A stretch of 64,000 nucleotides of DNA, taken from NCBI GenBank assembly GCA_965215195.1, contig CBDCDC010000001.1, positions 992,001 through 1,056,000 on the forward strand, in the 5' to 3' direction. Every line of letters begins with the position of its first letter. Within the stretch, counting starts at the first letter, position 1. Under the pieces are notes generated by a model. It saw nothing but the letters and a program-made list of their open reading frames with translations, had not been told where the DNA came from and ran no database searches. Below are positions 8,737 to 17,467 of the stretch, piece by piece. The position numbers and the translations under genes are program-made. The DNA is from Candidatus Latescibacterota bacterium (lineage in GTDB: Bacteria > Latescibacterota > UBA2968 > UBA8231).

Positions 8737-11541
8737 GTGTTGAAAGCGATGCGGAGTCTTGCAGTGATCGGTGCTTTACTAGGCCTAACCCCGGCGCATG
8801 GGCAGGAGGACTATCAGGCTCGGCTAGGGGTACAGCGGGGTGGTGCTGTCAGTTTTGAGCCTATCGGCCCGGGAGTATTATTTGGCGCACTCGACCCGAC
8901 CGTCAAAAAGTGGTACGTGCCGCAGGAGCTGTACGTGGACTACGGTTGGCGTCAATGGGAATACTCCAACTACGCCCGCACCCCGTATGAGCGCTACGTC
9001 AACACAACCCGCGAGGGTGCTTACTTCTACGATGTGTACGGCAACTTCACCACCCATGGTTGGCTGATCTACGACTGGCGTCAAGACCAGCCGTTGCCCT
9101 TGGGCAGTGGTATCTTCCAAGGTACGCGTTTTAATACTTGGTTCAATGCAGTGACCATCAGCGGTGATTCGCAAGGGCAGTACCACTACGCGATCACGGT
9201 CGGCGACCGGATCCGCACGACCTTGACGCCGATGACCTTTTCCAAGCCGGACTTCAATGGGGTGCAGGTGGATTTTGCCTCAGACAAGTACCAAGCGACG
9301 ATCCTCGCCTCGCGCATCAGCGAGCCGATCCGAGGCTCCTCGCAGGGCCTCGGCGGCAGCACCGAGCCGGTGACCCAGACCAACACGACCTCAATGTTTG
9401 GTGGGCGGGCGACGTTCCAGGTCGGCGACTTCATCACGCTGGGAGCCACGCTAGTTGATGCCCGCAACGCCAATACCACCCTCGATCTCTTCGCTGGCGA
9501 CCTGATCGCTGGCAGCCTCACGGCTGGGCAAAGCACGACCCCCCTAACGGCTATTGCGGTGATCCTCAGCGACGATTCGCCCGCAGACAACGAAGGGGGC
9601 GCAGCCCTGTTTAGCCACGACGTGCGGATCACCAGCCGCGACTTCGACACCGGCAAGGAGACGGTTTCTACCCTGCAGGAGGTGGTCCGCCCCGGTGCGC
9701 AGTGGCCGGTCCTCTTCGGGGGATTTCGGCGGCCGGGCTTTCTGGCCGCGGACGGTCCAGAGCGGATCATCGTCAACTACGACTTCAACGACCCGGCCTA
9801 CGTGGGCCCGGATCCGACGACCATTGTCGCGGTGGACTTCAACTACGTGCTGGCCAACGACTTCAAGGTCGAGATGTGGTCCGACCGCCAGACAGGTCAG
9901 CGGGCGGTCCCGGCGGCCCCGCTGACTAGCGAAGTAATCGACAATAGCCAGCCGGCCTTTGTGGTACTCCGGCGCGCCGAGGGCAATGTAAAAGACATCT
10001 CCAACTTGCAGCGCATCAAGTTCGACTATGGCTTGCCGACAGCCAACCTAATCGGCGGCTTTACTATTGAAGGTGCCGACGCATTTGGCTTCGACTTCTA
10101 CGGCGAGTGGGATCGCAACAAGCGCTATGCTCAGTACCCCAATGCCGCGCTCTTCAACGAGGGGAAGAAACACGCGATCTCCTCCGAGGCATCCGACGCT
10201 TGGCACTTCAATGTCTCGCGCAATGTGTTCCCCTACTTCCTCTACGGCGAGGCCTACGCCATCGATGAAGCCTATTCGACCACCACCTTTCTGGTCAATG
10301 CCAACGGCGACGTGCAATACGACAATAGTCAGCGACACTTCTACGAATTCGTCGATGACAATGACGACCAAGACCGTTTCCCTGACTGGGTTCGCTTCGG
10401 CACGATCAACGACCGGGCAATCTACCCAGGTTGGGACCAGAACAACGACTTCATCTCGGATTTCAACCAGAATGACAACGCCACCGTGGGCAATATCACC
10501 CCCGACTACGAGGAGCCGTTTCTGCGCTACAACGTCGATCGGCCGGAGTTTCTCTTCGGCATTGACCTCAACAACAACAATTGGATCGACCGCTTTGAGG
10601 ACGACGACTTGCCCGATTTCCCTTATAAACCCGATCGGCGGGGGTTTAATGTCTTCGGGGGGGTGCATTTGATGCCGGAGGCTCGGCTGATCGTCGGCCG
10701 CACGGACGAGGAGTCACAGACAACCGACGCGACTAACGTGACCAACTACGCGATGTTCGCCTTCGACAAGAACTATTCGGGCTTGGGACGCCTGCGGGTC
10801 TTCGATATGATCAAGCAGGCTAAGGACACCATACCTGATGCCCGCCGCGAACCTACGCCCTTTGAGGGTGCGCCGATCCAGCCAGTAGTCCGCGATATTC
10901 TTCCGGCGCAGGACACTTGGATCAACACTGCCTTCGTGCAGTTCGACTACAAGGGTATCGAGGGCTTGAACGTGGTCAACAAGCTCAAGTGGGAGACCTT
11001 CAGCCAGAACCAAGCCGAGACTCGCGATGCTAACGGCCGCCTGATGGAGGACGAAGCCAGCTTTTTCGGCTTGATCAACAAGGTTGACTACACCTACGGC
11101 TTGGGGCGTTTGGACTTGCAGCCGAGACTCAAAAGCGAACTTCTGCGCCAGACAGCCTTTCTGGTCGCAGAAGACGATCGCAAGGAATGGACGGCAACGG
11201 CGCAGTTAATAGCGACCTTGCCAGTACTCCGCCACACGATTGTTCAGGCCGGGCTGGAGCAGTTGTGGTTCAGTAACCAGAGCTTGGACGAGGATGCCCT
11301 TATTGCGGCTGGTCGCCAGCAGGAGACGGGCGACCTGAGTTCGACCAATGTCGCCGTACAGATCTCGACCACCTCGGATTATCTGGGCTACCGGCTGACG
11401 ACCCAGATTGGCCTGCGCTACGGCCGGATCTTCACCGAACAGGTGATCGAGGACAGCGACCGTCTGGGTACCTTTGTGATTGGCGATGAGAGCAGCAACG
11501 AGACGACCAGTTTTATTACGGTCTTCGCCGGGCTAGAGTGA
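8737..11541 (+). CDS. Large secreted protein, putative outer-membrane beta-barrel family (copy 1)
   Basis: Signal peptide after GTG 8737 (or ATG 8749); conserved LDPTVKKWYVPQEL N-domain; acidic DDNDDQDRFPD and DLNNNNWIDRFEDDDLPD loops; amphipathic strands ending TSFITVFAGLE. Confidence 0.7.
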   Translation: MLKAMRSLAVIGALLGLTPAHGQEDYQARLGVQRGGAVSFEPIGPGVLFGALDPTVKKWYVPQELYVDYGWRQWEYSNYARTPYERYVNTTREGAYFYDVYGNFTTHGWLIYDWRQDQPLPLGSGIFQGTRFNTWFNAVTISGDSQGQYHYAITVGDRIRTTLTPMTFSKPDFNGVQVDFASDKYQATILASRISEPIRGSSQGLGGSTEPVTQTNTTSMFGGRATFQVGDFITLGATLVDARNANTTLDLFAGDLIAGSLTAGQSTTPLTAIAVILSDDSPADNEGGAALFSHDVRITSRDFDTGKETVSTLQEVVRPGAQWPVLFGGFRRPGFLAADGPERIIVNYDFNDPAYVGPDPTTIVAVDFNYVLANDFKVEMWSDRQTGQRAVPAAPLTSEVIDNSQPAFVVLRRAEGNVKDISNLQRIKFDYGLPTANLIGGFTIEGADAFGFDFYGEWDRNKRYAQYPNAALFNEGKKHAISSEASDAWHFNVSRNVFPYFLYGEAYAIDEAYSTTTFLVNANGDVQYDNSQRHFYEFVDDNDDQDRFPDWVRFGTINDRAIYPGWDQNNDFISDFNQNDNATVGNITPDYEEPFLRYNVDRPEFLFGIDLNNNNWIDRFEDDDLPDFPYKPDRRGFNVFGGVHLMPEARLIVGRTDEESQTTDATNVTNYAMFAFDKNYSGLGRLRVFDMIKQAKDTIPDARREPTPFEGAPIQPVVRDILPAQDTWINTAFVQFDYKGIEGLNVVNKLKWETFSQNQAETRDANGRLMEDEASFFGLINKVDYTYGLGRLDLQPRLKSELLRQTAFLVAEDDRKEWTATAQLIATLPVLRHTIVQAGLEQLWFSNQSLDEDALIAAGRQQETGDLSSTNVAVQISTTSDYLGYRLTTQIGLRYGRIFTEQVIEDSDRLGTFVIGDESSNETTSFITVFAGLE

Positions 11542-11560
11542 TATGAGACGAGGGCGAACG

Positions 11561-14518
11561 ATGTTGAGACGCACGGCGATTTTCGTCGTTCTATCCTTGG
11601 CGCTGGGCGAAGCGAATGCTCAGCGCATGGATTACGGCAACCGCGTGGGGCACCGCGTGGGCGAACAAGTGCGCTACTCCTCGGTCGGCGCAGCGGTCGA
11701 TATGGACGTGTTAGACCCAACGGTCATGCGCTGGTACATGCCGCAGGAGCTCTTCAGCGAATACGGACGTCGCCAATGGAGCTACACCAACTACGCCAGA
11801 GAACCCTACCGCCGCTACCTAGACCGCAATCTCGATGGCAACTACTTTTACGACGCCTATGGGGATTTTATCACCCGCGGCTACGTCATCTACGACTGGC
11901 GCCAGATCCAGCCGCGTACTTTCGAGAGCAGCTCTATCACTAAGACAGGCCGCTACGCGAACTGGTTCAACCGTTTAATTATCACTTCAGACCAAACCAG
12001 CACCTATAGCTACTCAATTATCGTCGGCGACGAGATTCGCACCACGTTGACGCCGATGACCTTCAATAAGGTTGGTTTCAACGGGGTGGTGACCAACTTC
12101 GCGGCGGGTCGCATCCGGGCTACGGGCCTGTTTTCGCGGGTGACCCTGCCCATCATCCATATTGACGCGGATGTGCCGACAGCCTCGTTGGAGAACTTTT
12201 CCAACTTGGCAGCCGGCCGTCTTGAACTTGATGTGGCCGACCAAGCAACCTTGGGGCTGACGTTGGTCAACGTTCACAACGGCAACGGCGTACGCGAAAG
12301 TTTCCAGGGTAACCCACTCAAAGGCCAGTTGACTTCGGGTCAGCTCGACCGCCAATTGAACCTGCTGGTAGTCAGGCTTGCGGATGATTCGCCCGAAGAT
12401 GGTGAAGGCGGTGCGGTGCTCTTCAGCGACGACGTGGAAATCGCCACCACTCTGCTCCGCGAGGTCGCAGTGGGTGACAGCGTACAGCTAGTAGGGCGCG
12501 ATACCACCATCGTCGGTAGCGGCATAGGCTTTCGCCCGGTGCGCGATGGGGGCGAGCTCCGCGACGGCTTTTTGCGCGCCGATGGCGCAGAGAGCATCGT
12601 GCTCAAGTACGTGCTGGCACCCGAGGATGATGCCTCTGAGGAAGGCTCCCTGCGCTTGCTTTTGCAGCAGAGGCTAGGGCTGACTCTGGCAGAGGCCGCC
12701 GACGCGGTCTCCGCGATCAAAAGCGTGAGATTCCGCTTGGTGCTGGCCAACGACTACCGGGTGGAGGTGTCGTCCGATCGCCAGACCAATCGCTCGGGCC
12801 AGCCGCAATTTATTGTCATGGAGCGGGCACCGGGCAATATCAAGAACGAACTCAACCAGCGCGAAGTCGTCATCGACTACGGCCTGCCGACGGCCAGCCA
12901 GATCTTCGGAGCTAGTGCTGAGCTGCGCGACTTTTACGGCTTCGACTTCTACGGCGAGTTCAACGTCAGCAACCAGTACCGGCAATATCCCTCAATCAAC
13001 CGCAAAAAGCACAAGAGTTTCTCGGGCATCGTCGACGACGAGGCCGCACTCGGCTGGATGTTCAACTTGGCGCGGAAGTCCGGTCCGTGGCTGCTCTTTC
13101 TGGAGGGCTTCGGCATGGACGAGATGTATTCTACCAGTGTGCTGCCGGTCGATGGCCGCGGCGTGGCCGACTACTCGCCTCAAGCCACCAACCTGCTCTA
13201 CGATTTAGTCGACGACAACGATGACCACGACCGGCACCCGGACCAATTGCGGATTTTTCAGGGGAGTTTGATCCCGCCGCAGACTACCTCAATCAGCAAC
13301 TTCACGGTGACTTCCGAGGGGGTAGCCGACCCGGCGGTTTTCCCCGGCTACGACGAAAACGGTGATTTTATCTCTGATTTCAACCAGAACGGCAATGGCG
13401 ACACGGAGAATCTTTTTCCCGACTACGAAGAGCCTTTCCTGCGCTATCACTCGGACCGACCAGAGTTCCTCTTTGGCATTGACTTGAACAACAACGGATG
13501 GGCCGAGCGCTTTGAAAACGACGATTTGCCCGACTATCCCTATAAGAAGGACCACTGGGGCTACAACGCCTACGCCCGAGTCCAAGTCAATCCAAAGGTG
13601 CGCCTGACGGGCGGTTTCCTCTATCAGGATCAGCGCGAAACCGATCGCCGCAATGAGACGGCCTATGGAATTTTGACCTATCAGCAGACTTGGCCCACTT
13701 GGGGCTCCTTGCGGGTCTATGACATGCTAAAAAGGGCTGAGGATACCATCCCCGACCCGCTCTCGCAGTGGATCCTACCCGAGCTAGAGTTGGGTAGTGT
13801 CGTCGAAGAAGTCAGTGGGCGCAACGTCTCGGTACCCGACCTTTTGGCCGCTGAGGACACTTGGATCAATACGTTCTATGCAGACTGGGAGTATAATAGC
13901 CCGCGACGCTGGGCCACGCGGCACCGCTTCAAGTGGGATTGGTGGCACCAGCGCAACGCGGACGCGGTCTTCTCCCTCGACGAGACCGGGGAGAGGATTC
14001 TCGATGTGGAGGGGGATCCGGTGGTGCTTTTCGACCCGCTCGGTCCCGAAGGGCGCAATGGCCGTAAGACCGCGGGCTTCATTGGGCTAATCGACAAAAT
14101 TAGCTACGCCTTTAACTGGCGACGGCTGTGGCTTTCACCTAGGTTCAAAAGCGAATTTCTACGCCAAGTGCCATTTAACCGCGACTTGGCTAAGCGGCGC
14201 TCTTGGGACGCCTTGTGGTCGTTCTTGGTGCGCTTTCCGCTCTTAGTGCGCTCCAGTGTTGACCTCGGCGTTGAACAGCGCCAGTTCTACAATCTCATAG
14301 CCGACGAGGATAAACTGGCAGCAGGGGAGCGAACCGGAGACTTCAGAGGCACGGTCTTGGCCGTGCAATTAACCAATCGCAGGGATTACTTGGGCTACGA
14401 ACTTACTGCCCAGCTCGGCCTGCGCTACGACCGACGTGCGCTCGAAGTTGTCGATGGTGACGCTGAGACGCGCACGGCGGGGCTGGCCTTCCTTTCGGTT
14501 TTCGCCAGTCTGAGGTAG
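11561..14518 (+). CDS. Large secreted protein, putative outer-membrane beta-barrel family (copy 2)
   Basis: Paralogous to the 8737 gene along its length (LDPTVMRWYMPQEL, RTTLTPMTF, PDYEEPFLRY..DRPEFLFGIDLNNN); ends AFLSVFASLR. GAGG precedes ATG 11561 (alternative start 11543). Confidence 0.7.
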   Translation: MLRRTAIFVVLSLALGEANAQRMDYGNRVGHRVGEQVRYSSVGAAVDMDVLDPTVMRWYMPQELFSEYGRRQWSYTNYAREPYRRYLDRNLDGNYFYDAYGDFITRGYVIYDWRQIQPRTFESSSITKTGRYANWFNRLIITSDQTSTYSYSIIVGDEIRTTLTPMTFNKVGFNGVVTNFAAGRIRATGLFSRVTLPIIHIDADVPTASLENFSNLAAGRLELDVADQATLGLTLVNVHNGNGVRESFQGNPLKGQLTSGQLDRQLNLLVVRLADDSPEDGEGGAVLFSDDVEIATTLLREVAVGDSVQLVGRDTTIVGSGIGFRPVRDGGELRDGFLRADGAESIVLKYVLAPEDDASEEGSLRLLLQQRLGLTLAEAADAVSAIKSVRFRLVLANDYRVEVSSDRQTNRSGQPQFIVMERAPGNIKNELNQREVVIDYGLPTASQIFGASAELRDFYGFDFYGEFNVSNQYRQYPSINRKKHKSFSGIVDDEAALGWMFNLARKSGPWLLFLEGFGMDEMYSTSVLPVDGRGVADYSPQATNLLYDLVDDNDDHDRHPDQLRIFQGSLIPPQTTSISNFTVTSEGVADPAVFPGYDENGDFISDFNQNGNGDTENLFPDYEEPFLRYHSDRPEFLFGIDLNNNGWAERFENDDLPDYPYKKDHWGYNAYARVQVNPKVRLTGGFLYQDQRETDRRNETAYGILTYQQTWPTWGSLRVYDMLKRAEDTIPDPLSQWILPELELGSVVEEVSGRNVSVPDLLAAEDTWINTFYADWEYNSPRRWATRHRFKWDWWHQRNADAVFSLDETGERILDVEGDPVVLFDPLGPEGRNGRKTAGFIGLIDKISYAFNWRRLWLSPRFKSEFLRQVPFNRDLAKRRSWDALWSFLVRFPLLVRSSVDLGVEQRQFYNLIADEDKLAAGERTGDFRGTVLAVQLTNRRDYLGYELTAQLGLRYDRRALEVVDGDAETRTAGLAFLSVFASLR

Positions 14519-14531
14519 ATGAACCCACGGC

Positions 14532-16274
14532 ATGAGCGGTGTTTCTACGGTGCAAGGCTGGATCATCAATCGCGGCTACGATGCAATTTTTTTTATTGGT
14601 ACGCCGTTTTTGTCGCTAGTCGCGTTGCTCGTCGCCTCACAGTACTTCAGTTCGGCCAACATTGCTTGGTTCGTGTTGGCGTTCTTTGCGGTGGGCCACC
14701 ACTTACCCGGTTTCATGCGTGCCTACGGCGAAAGAGAGCTTTTCGACCGCCATAAGACAACCTTCCTCGTCTCTCCGCTAGTGGTAACCGCCTTCGTAGC
14801 TTGGAGTGTATTCAACGGCTATCTGGGCTTCTTCATCTTCTTAGCCCTATGGGATCTGTGGCATTTCTTCATGCAGCACTACGGCTTCATGAGGATCTAC
14901 GATGTCAAACGCCGAAAGCCCTCCCGCCTCAGCGCACGGCTGGACTGGTGGCTGACGGCCTTTTGGTTTGGCTATATCATCATCGACAGTCCCCATTACT
15001 TGATCAATTTCCTCGAGCGCTGCCACCGCTACGGCTTCGGCCTCTACACTTGGATTACACCGGAGTTTCTCTTAGAGCTTAGAGAGTGGGTTTTCTATCT
15101 GGCCCTCGGAATAGCCTTCCTCTACGTAGTAAACATGGTCGGAGAACGGGCGCGGGGCATACCAGTAGTTTGGCCGAAGTTGGCAATTTCGCTTACGACC
15201 TTCGCCACCGTTTATTATGCCTATATTGTCCTCGAAGACATCATTCTCGGCTACGCGATTACGGCCTTGGCTCACGATATTCAATACTTTGCCATCGTCT
15301 GGATTTACAACCACGGGGTGCTCAAGCGCTCGCAGGAGTTGGGCACGTCCTTCTTCCGCTTCTTGTTTTCCGACGGCCGCTTCCGCATCGTATTGTTCTA
15401 TGTGATTCTGATTTTGGCTTATGGCGGAATTGAGGCCCTAGCCCGAGCGACAGAGAACTATCTAATATACGATGTGGTTAAGGTCATCATCGCCGCTTCA
15501 GCTTTTTTGCATTACTACTACGACGGTTTTATGTGGAAAGTGCGAAAAAAAGAGATACGCCAGAACTTCGTCGCCGGGGATGAGGGCGAAGCGATCTCGG
15601 TGAGGCGCAAGGGGCTACGCGAAAAGCTACAGGAAAGCGTCGGGTGCTGGGTGGGGTTGCGCTATGCATTCGAGACAGGGCGACAAGTGCTCTACTTTGG
15701 CGTACCCATTCTCTTTTTGGCTTGGAGCGATGCCACCTATTCGGTGTCGGATCTGGAAGTAGGAGAATACATGGCGCGAATGACGCCGAACGTGGGCAAA
15801 ATCCACGACGCCTTGGGCAGGGCCTACGTACAGCAAGGCCAGTACGATCGCGCGATAGAAGAGCACCAAAAAGCGGTGGACTTGGAGCCTGAATTCGCAC
15901 CGGCCTATACCCATCTCGGCATCGCCTATTCGCTATCTGGCGACTCGGACCGAGCCATAGAACTCCACCTCAAGGCCATCGACTTAGAGCCAGAAATGGC
16001 CCAGGCCCATTACAATCTAGGCGTGGATTATTGGGGAATGGGCAAGCTAATCGAGGCGGAGCGGGCTTTCAAGCGGTCAATTGAAGAGGATAGCCAGTAT
16101 ATTCGCGCATATAAAGCCCTATCTCAAGTGTATAGAAAACAGGGAAATAGAGCAGAGTATGTCAGAATTTCCGCCCTAGTCCGCGACCTAGAAAAGGCGA
16201 CTCAACGCAGGGAGTTGAGCCGCAGCGCGATGCCGTGGGCTACGGGCACTGCACTAGCCGAGAACACCCGCTGA
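14532..16274 (+). CDS. Polytopic membrane protein with His motifs and C-terminal TPR domain
   Basis: Many TM segments carrying GHH, WHFFMQHYG, HDIQY and HYYYDG motifs; TPRs IHDALGRAY...AIEEHQKAVDLEPEFAPAYTHLG...AHYNLG. Confidence 0.8.
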   Translation: MSGVSTVQGWIINRGYDAIFFIGTPFLSLVALLVASQYFSSANIAWFVLAFFAVGHHLPGFMRAYGERELFDRHKTTFLVSPLVVTAFVAWSVFNGYLGFFIFLALWDLWHFFMQHYGFMRIYDVKRRKPSRLSARLDWWLTAFWFGYIIIDSPHYLINFLERCHRYGFGLYTWITPEFLLELREWVFYLALGIAFLYVVNMVGERARGIPVVWPKLAISLTTFATVYYAYIVLEDIILGYAITALAHDIQYFAIVWIYNHGVLKRSQELGTSFFRFLFSDGRFRIVLFYVILILAYGGIEALARATENYLIYDVVKVIIAASAFLHYYYDGFMWKVRKKEIRQNFVAGDEGEAISVRRKGLREKLQESVGCWVGLRYAFETGRQVLYFGVPILFLAWSDATYSVSDLEVGEYMARMTPNVGKIHDALGRAYVQQGQYDRAIEEHQKAVDLEPEFAPAYTHLGIAYSLSGDSDRAIELHLKAIDLEPEMAQAHYNLGVDYWGMGKLIEAERAFKRSIEEDSQYIRAYKALSQVYRKQGNRAEYVRISALVRDLEKATQRRELSRSAMPWATGTALAENTR

Positions 16275-16282
16275 GAAAATCA

Positions 16283-16312
16283 TTGACAAACCAATCCTTT
16301 TTTTGTTATTTG
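16283..16312 (+). promoter_or_regulatory. Candidate sigma70 promoter for the 16428 gene
   Basis: Perfect TTGACA at 16283-16288 followed by an imperfect AT-rich -10 (TG-TTATTT) at about 17-18 nt. Confidence 0.4.
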
Positions 16313-16427
16313 GCAATTTATATAGAGAGTGTTCGACGCAAATACTCTCAAGTAAAGGCGGTTGCCAACGGTGGCAGGTGTGACACCGCTTTTTACGTTT
16401 AACCTTATTATAATGGAGGTCTCAACA

Positions 16428-17354
16428 ATGAGAAAATTGTTAGCTTTCGCCGCCACGGCGTTGATGCTGACTAGCACGGCTAGCCTCGCCCACTTTCCAG
16501 AAGGCCAGATCTTCGGGGCGTGGCAGTGGCCGTCGACCCATCTTCCTAACTTGGATGGCGACATCTCCGAGTGGAATGTGCTACCGGATGAGCTGTGGAT
16601 CGACATCTTCCAGACGGAAGTCGCCGAGGGCGATATCGGTCGCGAGATCGACACTGCCAATCTCAACTTCCGCGTCGCTGTTGGTTGGAACGACGAACTG
16701 GACCGCATCTATTATGTCTATGACCGCTTCGACGACATTTGGGATCGCGATGCCGGCGGCTTTGGCTGCTGCGGCCAAGATGACAGCATCGAGATTTTCC
16801 TCGACGCCGACCATAGCGCCGACCGCTTCGCCTTTTGGGATGGCGACTACGAGGACCCGGAGGAACGCGCCCGCAACAACGGCCGCACCAACCAGACGGG
16901 GCACTACCGCTGGCCGGCTCTCGAGCCTTTTGGCTTCTACTGGTTCTGGCTGAGTAGCTCAACTTGGCACGACAAAGAGCCTTATTCGTGTTGCCCGACC
17001 TCCTTCAATCTCGATGGGGCCCACGGCACCGAGGCCAACTTCCAAGCCGAGTGGTACACGGTTGGTTGGGATGATTTTGATCACAACAGCCCCGAAAACA
17101 GCATCCTCCACGATTTTGTCGAGGGAGAGATCATCGGCGTTGGTATCCAAGTCGTCGATAACGACAACGGCCCGAGTTCGGATGATCCTCGAACCGCCAA
17201 GTGGGCGCTGGGCGGTCAGCCCTGCATCAATGGCGACGGTGCCTGCGGCAGCGACTACATTTTGCTGCCGGTCCAAACCGATCTACTGCCGGATCAGATG
17301 TCGGCTATCGAGGGCAATAGCTGGGGCCACATCAAGGCTTCGTTCGGCCAATAG
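16428..17354 (+). CDS. Secreted CBM9/DOMON-like beta-sandwich protein with C-terminal SWGxIK tail
   Basis: GGAGG RBS; signal peptide ...SLA-HFPEG; PNLDGDISEW, VGWN...RIYY, DDSIEIFLDAD and IGVGIQVVDND motifs; ends SAIEGNSWGHIKASFGQ. Confidence 0.7.
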   Translation: MRKLLAFAATALMLTSTASLAHFPEGQIFGAWQWPSTHLPNLDGDISEWNVLPDELWIDIFQTEVAEGDIGREIDTANLNFRVAVGWNDELDRIYYVYDRFDDIWDRDAGGFGCCGQDDSIEIFLDADHSADRFAFWDGDYEDPEERARNNGRTNQTGHYRWPALEPFGFYWFWLSSSTWHDKEPYSCCPTSFNLDGAHGTEANFQAEWYTVGWDDFDHNSPENSILHDFVEGEIIGVGIQVVDNDNGPSSDDPRTAKWALGGQPCINGDGACGSDYILLPVQTDLLPDQMSAIEGNSWGHIKASFGQ

Positions 17355-17382
17355 GCGCGAACAACTAGCAGTTTTACTAATT

Positions 17383-17419
17383 AAGGAGGGAGGGTAGAGT
17401 TGCTCTACCCTCCCTCCTT
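17383..17419 (+). terminator. Perfect 17-bp hairpin (terminator or mRNA-stabilising stem)
   Basis: AAGGAGGGAGGGTAGAG-TTG-CTCTACCCTCCCTCCTT, followed by GTATTT, 29 nt after the 17354 stop. Confidence 0.75.
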
Positions 17420-17467
17420 GTATTTATGTATGATATGTACATTCTACAAACCTTGGGGATAGCGAGC

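Noticed and set aside
8737-14518. Calling the barrel-like proteins SprA or TonB-dependent receptors
   Set aside because: Less than half the usual SprA length, and no recognisable TonB-receptor plug or terminal-Phe motif.
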